Shown in pieces: positions 17,309-25,971 of a stretch of DNA of 62,135 nucleotides. The position numbers and the translations under genes are program-made. Source of the DNA: Terriglobales bacterium (GTDB lineage: Bacteria; Acidobacteriota; Terriglobia; Terriglobales; Acidobacteriaceae); NCBI GenBank assembly GCA_035632755.1, contig DASQGF010000168.1:1-62135 (forward strand), read 5' to 3'. Every line of letters starts with the position of its first letter. Position 1 is the first letter of the stretch. The notes under the pieces were generated by a model, which saw nothing but the letters and a program-made list of their open reading frames with translations, searched no databases and was not told where the DNA came from.

Positions 17309-17725
17309 CTACTGACCGCTGGCCTCTTTCGGCCCGTAGGCGTGCCTCAAATGGGCACGGATAACGCCGAGAAACTCCTGGATGTCGATGGGCTTTAACA
17401 GGACGGAAATGTCAAGGTGCAGGGCGCGAGCGCTGATGTCCTTGCCAGCGTAACCCGTGAGCAGCAGCGTCGGCAGTCCGGGCTGGCGGCGGCGCGCATA
17501 CTCGATGATCGCGAAGCCGGAGTCCTTCTCCTCGAGCGACAGGTCGCAGAGTAGCAGGTCGAGTTGTTGCGAACTCTCCAGGGCGCGGCGCGCCTCGGCG
17601 GACGACGGGGCGGCCACGACTTCGTAGCCCTTCTGCTCCAGGATCATTTGGTAGGTGAGAAGCACCGAGGGTTCGTCATCCACCACCAGGATGCGGTACT
17701 TGCGGGCACGGGCGGTCATCGGCAC
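17309..17725 (-). CDS. single-domain response regulator (CheY-like receiver)
   Basis: KYRILVVDDEPSVLL...LLLCDLSLEE...LLTGYA...LLKP. The acidic pocket, phospho-acceptor Asp and conserved Lys are all present. Confidence 0.85.
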   Translation of the reverse strand: MPMTARARKYRILVVDDEPSVLLTYQMILEQKGYEVVAAPSSAEARRALESSQQLDLLLCDLSLEEKDSGFAIIEYARRRQPGLPTLLLTGYAGKDISARALHLDISVLLKPIDIQEFLGVIRAHLRHAYGPKEASGQ

Positions 17726-17908
17726 ACTACCGCGCGCAGACTCGTTTGCGTAAGGAAAGCTTGGACACGGAAGTATTCTACGCAGAACCTTGTGGTGGTT
17801 GGCAACGTATCCTTGTCAGAACGTCCGAGCCGGAGTTCGGCGCGTGTCGCGCCCGGCCGCAAGCGTCCGTCTATAATCAACCGATGCTCGGCTGAGAAAA
17901 GTCTCTCG

Positions 17909-20038
17909 ATGAAAGGTTCGTCCTATTATCTTGGCAAGCTGGCGCGACTCGCGCCCACCAGCGGCTTGGGCCGCTTCGCGCTCTACCTGCTGCTGGTGGA
18001 CCTGTTCATCTACGGACTGAGCCGGCTGCTCTCCGGGGGGCGTGGTGGCGGATCGCTCGATGTATGGGTCCTGCTGCTGACCATCAGCCTGGTTGTGCTG
18101 GGACTCATCCTCGGCCTGCGCTGGTTCCGGCGCCGGTTCATGTGGCGGCTGCGCAACCGCCTGATCGTCACCTATACATTCATTGGCGTCATCCCGCTGG
18201 TGCTGGTGCTGATGATGGCCCTGATCGCCGGCTATCTCTTCGCCGGACAGTTCGCCACCTTTCTCGCCAGTTCCGATTTGAATTCCGAGCTGCAGACGCT
18301 GGAGGCAGCCAACTCCGCCATGGCGACGGAACTGGCCACGGTGGCTCGCGTCCGCGGCGCGCCCACCAGCAAGGACTTGCTGGCCTCGCAGGAGTTCCGC
18401 CCCGACGAACACCTGAAGACCGCCGAAGTGGTCGCCTGGTACCGCGGCCGGCGGATCCAGCTCTATGCTCCCAGCGGGCAGCAGCACGTCGGCGAGCTTC
18501 CTGCCTGGCTCAAGGGCAATTTCCAGGGTATTGCCCGTGACGAGACCGGGCTTTATCTGCGAGCAGTCAATACGGTGGCGGCCGACGACACCACTCTGAC
18601 GGTGCTCTCCAGCATGCCCGTGGATGGCGCCCTGCTGGAGCGGATCGCCGCCAACATCGGCGAGGTGACGATCTATCCCGGCAGCGTGATCCGTGGCCGT
18701 GCCAGCGGGGATCGCCGCCCTTCCGAGATCACTCTAGATACCGGGGACAAGCCGAAGCAGGAGCCACCACGGCGCGCCCGCATCTCGGGAGGCTCGCTGC
18801 CGCCACAGACCCGGCGCCTCGACCGCGAGGTTACCTTCTTCGCTCCTCTGGGGATCGTGGATTGGAAAACCGGGGAACAGACGCGCATCGCGTTGCGGGC
18901 AACCACCCGGCTGTCGCTGCTGTATGCTCGGCTGTTCCAGACCATGGTGGAATTCGGGACCGCCATCTGGACGCTGCTCATCGTTCTGGCCATCGTCTTC
19001 GCGGTGATCGAACTGATCGCGCTGATCGTCGGCGTGGGACTCACCCGGACCATGACGCGGTCGGTGGCCGAACTTTACGGCGCGACCCAACACATCAACC
19101 GCGGCGACCTGAGACATCGCATCAACGTCCAGGCGCAGGACCAACTGGCGGCGCTCGAGAGCTCGTTCAACTCCATGAGCGAGTCTTTGGAGAAGCTGAT
19201 CGCCGAGCAGAAGGAGAAGCAGCGACTGGAGAACGAGCTGGCCATCGCCCAGGAAGTGCAGGCGCAGTTGTTCCCCAAGGCGGCGTCGGACCTGGAGTCG
19301 CTTGAGGTCCACGGCGTGTGCCGCCCGGCGCGTACGGTCAGCGGCGATTACTATGACTTCCTGCCCTACGGTCCGGACCGCCTGGGCATCGCGGTGGGCG
19401 ACATCAGCGGCAAAGGCATCTCGGCCGCGCTGCTGATGGCCACCATCCACTCCGCCGTCCGCGCCTACGAGATCGGACGCATGCCGGCGATGACCGCGCA
19501 CCTAGTGGCGGCGGGAGGCGACCACGGCACTCCCACCCACATCTTCGAAGCGCGGTCGGCGAGCGAGGATGAGTTCTCTCCCGCCCAGGTGCTGGCTCTC
19601 CTCAACCGCCAGTTGTATCGCAGCACCCCGGCGGAGAAGTACGCCACGCTTTTCCTGGGCGTGTACGACGGGCGCTCGCGCGCGTTCACCTATGCCAATG
19701 CCGGGCACCTGCCTCCGATCATCCTGGGACATGACGGATCTCTGCGGCGGCTGGACACGCCCGGGCTGGTGATCGGCCTGTTCGATGACCAGGGCTACGA
19801 GGAGCGCACCATCGGCCTCCAGCCCGGCGACATCTTCCTCGCCTTCAGCGACGGGGTCACGGAGCCGGAGAACGAGTTCGGTGAGTTCGGCGAGGAACGG
19901 CTGATCGAGATTGTGCGTGACCACCGCCACCTGCCGCTGGCCCGCATCTCGGAGATGGTCACGTCGGCAGTGAGCGACTGGATCGGCTCCAGCGAGCAGC
20001 CCGATGATGTAACTGTGGTGCTGGCGCGGGCACGCTGA
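17909..20038 (+). CDS. membrane HAMP-domain SpoIIE/PP2C-family protein phosphatase
   Basis: 709 aa from MKGSSYYLGKLARL. Contains TM helices, a HAMP segment (TRTMTRSVAELYGATQHINRGDLRHRINV) and a PP2C domain (SGDYYDF...VGDISGKGISAALLMA...SDGVTE). The upstream part of track ORF 17564.. overlaps the receiver gene antisense. Confidence 0.85.
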   Translation: MKGSSYYLGKLARLAPTSGLGRFALYLLLVDLFIYGLSRLLSGGRGGGSLDVWVLLLTISLVVLGLILGLRWFRRRFMWRLRNRLIVTYTFIGVIPLVLVLMMALIAGYLFAGQFATFLASSDLNSELQTLEAANSAMATELATVARVRGAPTSKDLLASQEFRPDEHLKTAEVVAWYRGRRIQLYAPSGQQHVGELPAWLKGNFQGIARDETGLYLRAVNTVAADDTTLTVLSSMPVDGALLERIAANIGEVTIYPGSVIRGRASGDRRPSEITLDTGDKPKQEPPRRARISGGSLPPQTRRLDREVTFFAPLGIVDWKTGEQTRIALRATTRLSLLYARLFQTMVEFGTAIWTLLIVLAIVFAVIELIALIVGVGLTRTMTRSVAELYGATQHINRGDLRHRINVQAQDQLAALESSFNSMSESLEKLIAEQKEKQRLENELAIAQEVQAQLFPKAASDLESLEVHGVCRPARTVSGDYYDFLPYGPDRLGIAVGDISGKGISAALLMATIHSAVRAYEIGRMPAMTAHLVAAGGDHGTPTHIFEARSASEDEFSPAQVLALLNRQLYRSTPAEKYATLFLGVYDGRSRAFTYANAGHLPPIILGHDGSLRRLDTPGLVIGLFDDQGYEERTIGLQPGDIFLAFSDGVTEPENEFGEFGEERLIEIVRDHRHLPLARISEMVTSAVSDWIGSSEQPDDVTVVLARAR

Positions 20039-20230
20039 TCCCACGATACACTGCCCCCGAGTTTTGGAAAATGTGGGGCGAGAAATCACGGCCACGTCCC
20101 GATAACCCCTCTGGCGACCACGGCGGTGCTGGCGCGCCATAAGGTATACGTGTGTCCTTGACAATGCCTTCGCTCTTATCGAGGGGCACCCGCGGCCAAG
20201 GGGCGGGCAGCCGGCGAAAGGAGTTGTCAG

Positions 20231-22105
20231 TTAGGCGACCTTGGCATTGGCTACGCTAGTAGGCAGGAAGATGGAGAACGCAGTTCCAACACCGGGAGTG
20301 CTACGAACCCGGAGTTGGCCACCGTGTTTCTCCACCAGGCTCTGAGACACCCACAACCCCAGCCCCGTGCCCTTCTCTCCCTTGGTGGTGAAGAAGGGCT
20401 CGAAGAGCCGGTGACGGATTTCGCGGGGGATGCCGGACCCGTTATCGGCGACGATGATGCGGACGCCTTTCCGGCCCATGTCCCCCCACTCCACCGAATC
20501 ACGCACGTGGATGCACAGTCTGTCGCCCATCTTGGCGAGCGCATCCACGGCATTCACAATCAGGTTGGAGAACACCTGCCGCAACTCGCTGGCATCGCCG
20601 ATCACCTCCCCGGCGCTGTCATATCGCTTTTCGATGGTCACTCCCAACGATTCGATACGGTACCCGTACAGGGTGAGAATGCCGTCAAATAGTTCGCTGA
20701 TCTTGAGCGGCACCGCCCTGCGCTCTTCGCCTTCGCGGTGGAAGCCCAGGGTCAGCTTGGTGATCTGGCCGATCCTCTTGACCTCTTCCTGCGCCATAGA
20801 GATAAATTCTCGGGCGGTGTGACCCAGTTCCGCCTGTTCCAAAAGGAAGAGGATGTTGGCGACGGCCTCCAGGGGGCCATTGATCTCGTGCGCGACGGTA
20901 GCGGCCATCCGCCCAGCCACGACCAGCTTCTCGGAGTTGCGCAGGGCTTGCTCCGCCATCTTGATCTGGGTAAGGTCGCGAGCGATGGTAGAAGCCCCAA
21001 TGATTGTCCCATTGGCATCGCGCATGGGTGAGACGGTCAAAGCGACATTCAGCAGCCGGCCATCCTTGGTCACGCGGGTGGTTTCGAAGTGCTCAACCCT
21101 CTCGCCGCGCCTGATGCTGGCGAGAACCTGGTCACCCTCGGCGAGCCTGTCCGCGGGAAACAGTATGGAGATTGGTTTGCCAATGATCTCTTGGGCGCAG
21201 TAGCCGTACATGCGTTCGGCGGCATTGTTCCAGGTCACCACGATGCCCTCAAGCGTCTTGCTGATGATGGCATCGTCGGAAGACTCCACAATGGCGGCCA
21301 GTTGGGACTGCTTCTCCTCGGCCTGCTTGCGCGCCGTGATGTCACGCAGGACCACGGTGAAGAATTTTTCCTCGTCGCCTCCCACCTGCGAGATGGTCGC
21401 CTCAATGGGAAATTCCTCCCCGTCGGCTCGCAGCCCGACCAGAACGCTGGGGGAAGACATCGACCGGCTGGTGACTCCGGTGTGCCCAAACCTTTGGATA
21501 TGTTCGCGGTGGCTGGCGCGGAAGCGTTCCGGGATAAACGTGTCGAGGGGCTTTCCCAGGGCCTCCTCGCTGGGGCAGCGGAAAATCGTCTCGGCGGCCT
21601 TGTTAAACAGGACAATCCGCTGGTCGTCTCCCACGGTGATGATGGCGTCCATCACCGATTCGACGATGGTTGCCAGTCGCTCTCGACTCAGCAGCGTGAG
21701 TTGGTCGGCGCCGACTTCAGCCGGTTCCTGCCTGGAGGCGGCGCGTCCCAACAGCGCCGAAACCCGGTGCAGGAGGACTTCCGGCCCCTCACTCTTGCAG
21801 ACGAAGACATCCGCATTCTCAGTGCCTTCGGGCGGGTTGCTGCTCCCCGAAAGGATGATGATTGGGATGTCAGGTCGCAATCGCTTCAGGGCTGCGGCCA
21901 TCGCCGTGCCCATGGCTCGTCCGATCAGGTGGTCAGTGATGACAAGGTCAACGGCGTTGGACTGAAAGACCTCCATGCCTTGCTGGGCGGAGGTCGCAAG
22001 AAGGACCCTATAGCCTTTTGCTTCCAGCATGAGCTGCCGAAAGCGCAGCCCCGTGGAGTCATCGTCCACGCAGAGAATAACCGGGGCATTCCGTTGGCTG
22101 GCCAT
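20231..22105 (-). CDS. hybrid receiver-PAS-PAS histidine kinase
   Basis: 624 aa from MASQRNAPVILCVDDD (receiver), then two PAS regions, H-box VAHEINGPL and HATPase motifs (DNGSGI, GTGLGL). Confidence 0.85.
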   Translation of the reverse strand: MASQRNAPVILCVDDDSTGLRFRQLMLEAKGYRVLLATSAQQGMEVFQSNAVDLVITDHLIGRAMGTAMAAALKRLRPDIPIIILSGSSNPPEGTENADVFVCKSEGPEVLLHRVSALLGRAASRQEPAEVGADQLTLLSRERLATIVESVMDAIITVGDDQRIVLFNKAAETIFRCPSEEALGKPLDTFIPERFRASHREHIQRFGHTGVTSRSMSSPSVLVGLRADGEEFPIEATISQVGGDEEKFFTVVLRDITARKQAEEKQSQLAAIVESSDDAIISKTLEGIVVTWNNAAERMYGYCAQEIIGKPISILFPADRLAEGDQVLASIRRGERVEHFETTRVTKDGRLLNVALTVSPMRDANGTIIGASTIARDLTQIKMAEQALRNSEKLVVAGRMAATVAHEINGPLEAVANILFLLEQAELGHTAREFISMAQEEVKRIGQITKLTLGFHREGEERRAVPLKISELFDGILTLYGYRIESLGVTIEKRYDSAGEVIGDASELRQVFSNLIVNAVDALAKMGDRLCIHVRDSVEWGDMGRKGVRIIVADNGSGIPREIRHRLFEPFFTTKGEKGTGLGLWVSQSLVEKHGGQLRVRSTPGVGTAFSIFLPTSVANAKVA

Positions 22106-22209
22106 TCTACCCCCGCGGAAAAACATAAAGTCTAGCACTTTTTCAAGACCGACGGGCCGGGGTCAATGTGAAGCGGGCGATCGGCTTTGGTCATCGGTTC
22201 AGCGCGGTC

Positions 22210-22635
22210 TCATTTTTGCTGCAGAGATTCAAGGTACTTGGCTAGATTGGTGATGCGCATTTGCACTTGAGCTGGATGGGCCTCGCTCATCGCAAGGAAC
22301 ACCGGGCCCCAGACCGGCATATCCTTGTCACCGTGGGCCGGCATACTCACGTCGCCACGGATGACTTGGTAGACATGGTCGGCCGGAAACTTGCCGTTGT
22401 TCCGCCTGGCCAGGGTCGTGAGGTCAGGCGGCGGCACTTTCAGCGCCGCGGCCACGGGACCTCCGCCTTTGCTGTCCTTCCCGTGGCATGAGGCGCAATA
22501 CGCCAAGTACATGTCATGGCCCGATGCGGCCGAGGTGTGTGGCGCCGGACCCTTCTTGACGGAAGGTTTCTGGGCCGCGGCAAGGACCGCAACCCACATT
22601 AGAAGTGTGAACGAAAGCGCCAGACGTGACCACAT
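22210..22635 (-). CDS. c-type cytochrome (mono-haem, secreted)
   Basis: 141 aa with signal MWSRLALSFTLLMWVAVLAAAQ, haem motif CASCH and distal Met region. GGAGGAG SD lies upstream of the ATG. Confidence 0.8.
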   Translation of the reverse strand: MWSRLALSFTLLMWVAVLAAAQKPSVKKGPAPHTSAASGHDMYLAYCASCHGKDSKGGGPVAAALKVPPPDLTTLARRNNGKFPADHVYQVIRGDVSMPAHGDKDMPVWGPVFLAMSEAHPAQVQMRITNLAKYLESLQQK

Positions 22636-22888
22636 GGAACTCCTCCTCTTCGCCAACCCTTGCCCACAATTCTCCACCAGCATTCAGCTTACTCATGAAT
22701 ACACCTAATCCCCCGGGCAGGCCGTGACGACGCACACAGCAACCTGTGACTCTGCCGGCAATGGCACACGAATGCGTGGCACGATGGATGGACAATCGTC
22801 AGATTTCACAGTTGATGGTGACCCAGGTCATTGCTCTCAGCGAGCCAAGGGGTAAGAATGTAGTTTGCGGGGCACATTCCCGTCGACG

Positions 22889-23302
22889 ATGGCCAGTGAC
22901 TTGCGATTCCGGGAAGTGGAACACACTGCCGACCGCGCTTTCACGGTCCGCGGGCGTGATCTGGCCGAACTGTTTGCGCTCGCTGCCCGTGCCCTCGGTA
23001 CCATCCAGGGACAACCGGCCGATACCCGGGAAACCATCAGCCGGCAGCTCGAGGTTTCAGGCGTCGATCGCGAAACACTGCTGGTGAATTGGTTAAACGA
23101 GATTTTGTATCTTCAGGACGTCCACAAGGAGTCCTATTCCCGTTTCGAGGTGGCCACGATCTTCGACACCTCTCTGCGCGCATCCCTTCATGGTGAGCCC
23201 GATGCTTCGAGCCGGCGCACAATAAAAGCGGTGACCTTCCACGGTCTGAAAATCGAGCGGCTACCGGATGGGTGGGAAGCCACTATTGTCGTGGACGTTT
23301 GA
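22889..23302 (+). CDS. archease (RtcB activator)
   Basis: [18 protein letters not shown]...[12 protein letters not shown]. The EHTAD and KA(V/I)T-H motifs of archease are present. Lies directly upstream of rtcB. Confidence 0.85.
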   Translation: MASDLRFREVEHTADRAFTVRGRDLAELFALAARALGTIQGQPADTRETISRQLEVSGVDRETLLVNWLNEILYLQDVHKESYSRFEVATIFDTSLRASLHGEPDASSRRTIKAVTFHGLKIERLPDGWEATIVVDV

Positions 23303-23313
23303 GTAGCAAAGGA

Positions 23314-24789
23314 ATGGGAAAGCCATCTCCATCTCGCACGATTGCGAAATCTGATTTCAAGCGTATTTCGGAACAGATCTGGGAGCTTCCGCGCGATTTC
23401 CGCGAAGACATGCGCGCCCCGGCCCGGCTCTACGCCGATGACGCCTTGCTCGAGGCGGCCCTGACTGACAACTCGGTAGAGCAGTTGGTCAACACCGCCA
23501 CCCTGCCCGGGATCGTCAAGTACGCCATTGCCATGCCCGACATCCACCAGGGCTACGGCTTTCCCATCGGCGGAGTAGTTGCTACCAAGTTGCCCGATGG
23601 CATCATCTCTCCCGGGGGCGTGGGCTACGACATCAACTGCGGGGTGCGCCTGCTGGCCTCCGAAGCCTTGGTGGAAGAGATCTCTCCGTTCCTCAGTGAG
23701 CTGGCCTCGGCGCTCTATCACAACTGTCCCAGCGGGGTAGGGGTCCACGGTGAGATCAAACTGCAGGACACCGAACTGGACAAGGTATTAGTCGAAGGCG
23801 GGAGCTGGGCACGACAGCGCGGCCTGGCCCGCAACCAGGATCTGGAGCGCACCGAGGAGTTCGGCGCCATGCCCGGGGCCGACCCAGAATACGTTTCCCA
23901 CAAGGCGCGGGAGCGTGGACGCGGCCAGATCGGTACCTTGGGCGCGGGCAATCATTTTATCGAAGTGGATTGCGTCGCTGAGGTTTACGACGAGACCGCG
24001 GCCGAGCGTCTGGGCTTGCTTCCCGGCCAGGCGGTGGTGCAGATTCACTGCGGCTCCCGCGGCTTCGGTCACCAGGTCTGCGAGGATTATGTCGCACGCT
24101 TTCAGAAGACGGTGCGCGACTTTGGCATCGAGCTCGCCGACCGCGAACTGGTCTGCGCGCCCTTTGAATCCCAGGAAGGGCAGCAGTATTTCCACGCCAT
24201 GGCCTGCGCAGCCAACTTCGCCTTTGCCAACCGCCAGGTGCTGGCGCACCAAATCCGGCGCACTTTCGAGCAAGTGCTGGCTGGCAAGGTGCCGGCATTC
24301 GACCTCCACCAGGTCTACGACATCGCCCACAACATGGCCAAGATTGAGGAACATGAGGTAGGCGGGAGACGCATGCAGTTGTGCGTGCACCGCAAGGGCG
24401 CAACCCGGGCTTTCGGTCCCGGCTCGCCCGGGTTGCCGGACGACCTGCGCGACCTCGGTCAGCCGGTGCTGATCCCAGGCTCGATGGGCACGGCGTCTTA
24501 CGTGCTGATCGGCACGCGTGGTTCGATGGAACAGACGTTCGGCTCAACCTGCCATGGCGCCGGACGGGTGTGGAGCCGCGCCCGCGCCAGAAAGATGGTG
24601 CGAGGCGAGGAGTTGCGCCAGGAGCTGAAGAGCCGCGGGATTGCCGTGCGCGCCGGCTCCATGTCGGGGCTGGCGGAGGAAGCGCCGCAGGCTTACAAGG
24701 ACGTCTCGCGCGTGGTGGACGTGGTTGAGCGCGCAGGCATCGGCAAGAAAGTCGCGCGGCTTGAGCCTGTCGCTGTGATCAAAGGGTAG
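23314..24789 (+). CDS. rtcB: RNA 3'-phosphate ligase RtcB
   Basis: 491 aa. Contains [41 protein letters not shown] and HNMAK, the RtcB metal/GMP-His motifs. Confidence 0.95.
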   Translation: MGKPSPSRTIAKSDFKRISEQIWELPRDFREDMRAPARLYADDALLEAALTDNSVEQLVNTATLPGIVKYAIAMPDIHQGYGFPIGGVVATKLPDGIISPGGVGYDINCGVRLLASEALVEEISPFLSELASALYHNCPSGVGVHGEIKLQDTELDKVLVEGGSWARQRGLARNQDLERTEEFGAMPGADPEYVSHKARERGRGQIGTLGAGNHFIEVDCVAEVYDETAAERLGLLPGQAVVQIHCGSRGFGHQVCEDYVARFQKTVRDFGIELADRELVCAPFESQEGQQYFHAMACAANFAFANRQVLAHQIRRTFEQVLAGKVPAFDLHQVYDIAHNMAKIEEHEVGGRRMQLCVHRKGATRAFGPGSPGLPDDLRDLGQPVLIPGSMGTASYVLIGTRGSMEQTFGSTCHGAGRVWSRARARKMVRGEELRQELKSRGIAVRAGSMSGLAEEAPQAYKDVSRVVDVVERAGIGKKVARLEPVAVIKG

Positions 24790-24887
24790 CGGCAATGGGG
24801 CAGCTTACCTTCACCGGTAAAAAACGACCACAGTCAACAAAAACGGAAGCCGCCCCGGCTGACGGCCGATTCAGACAATACCCTGGG

Positions 24888-25958
24888 CTAGGGCTGCAGC
24901 GCCAGTGGGCGCACGCGAGCGACCAGTTCCGGCAGAAATCTGTTGGGCATGCTCCAGACGGCGAAATGCCCGACACCCTCAAAAGCTACAAACTCCTTAC
25001 GCGGAGCGTTGATCTTTTCGAAATAGTCTCTGGGAGGCACAGCCGCCGTCACCTCGTCTTCCGTTCCCTGGAAGAAGTAAATTGGCACTTTGAAATCCGT
25101 CCCCAGCGAAGACAAATTCGTATTGAGCATCTCCTGGTAGAGCCGCCATGTGGGAATCTGAAAAAATCCTCTGTTGCGGTTGTATATATCCCGCAGCGAG
25201 TAGTTCGGAGCTCCAAAGATCATATTGCTGAGAAGTGACGATTCCGCTACACGGTCGGATTCCGCTTCGTAGCGCCCCAGCCACCTGAAATGCACTTTGA
25301 CCTTGTCGAAACTGTTGTAGGGCGGCGGGCCGATGTTCTCCAGTTCTTTGATGGCCTGTTTGTTGCCTGCTGCCCGGGCTTTTTCCAGGATGTACGCGTA
25401 CCCAATCCGCATGCTTTCTTGCAGGTCGCCAACCTGCCCGGTGCCCACATAGGCATAGAACAGGTCGGGCCGCTGTTTTGCCATGTGGATTCCCAAGATG
25501 GAGCCCCAAGAGTGGCCCAGGAGGATAATCTTGTTCTTGTGCAGATGACTCCGGAGGAACTCGGAAACCTCGATTCCATCCTGCGCCATCCGATCGATGG
25601 ACATGCTGTCGGCTACGGCGGGGCCGGTCGCCTCCAGCGTCCTGCCTGCGCCGCGCTGGTCCCATTGGACCACGGTGAACTCTTTCTCCCAGGGCAGGAA
25701 AAGCGCGGTGAAAGGGAGCCATGTTGCCCCCGGGCCACCGTGAAGACATAGTAGAACCGGATTATTGCGGTCCTGTCCCCGGATCTGAATCCACTGGTCG
25801 ATCTCGCCGATCCTGACGTACATGCCCGCGTTGATGCCATTCGGAGTGTGGATGGCCATCGCTTCCGCATTCACATGCTGTCTATGAACCCGATAGGCGA
25901 GGACCGCTGCGACTCCAACCACGAAGAGCACTACCAGGCACAAAAGGACGACCTTCAC
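24888..25958 (-). CDS. membrane-anchored alpha/beta hydrolase (proline iminopeptidase-like)
   Basis: 356 aa with N-terminal TM helix, oxyanion HGGPG and nucleophile elbow GHSWGS. Visibly lower G+C than its neighbours. Confidence 0.8.
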   Translation of the reverse strand: MKVVLLCLVVLFVVGVAAVLAYRVHRQHVNAEAMAIHTPNGINAGMYVRIGEIDQWIQIRGQDRNNPVLLCLHGGPGATWLPFTALFLPWEKEFTVVQWDQRGAGRTLEATGPAVADSMSIDRMAQDGIEVSEFLRSHLHKNKIILLGHSWGSILGIHMAKQRPDLFYAYVGTGQVGDLQESMRIGYAYILEKARAAGNKQAIKELENIGPPPYNSFDKVKVHFRWLGRYEAESDRVAESSLLSNMIFGAPNYSLRDIYNRNRGFFQIPTWRLYQEMLNTNLSSLGTDFKVPIYFFQGTEDEVTAAVPPRDYFEKINAPRKEFVAFEGVGHFAVWSMPNRFLPELVARVRPLALQP

Positions 25959-25971
25959 GACTTTGAGTAGC

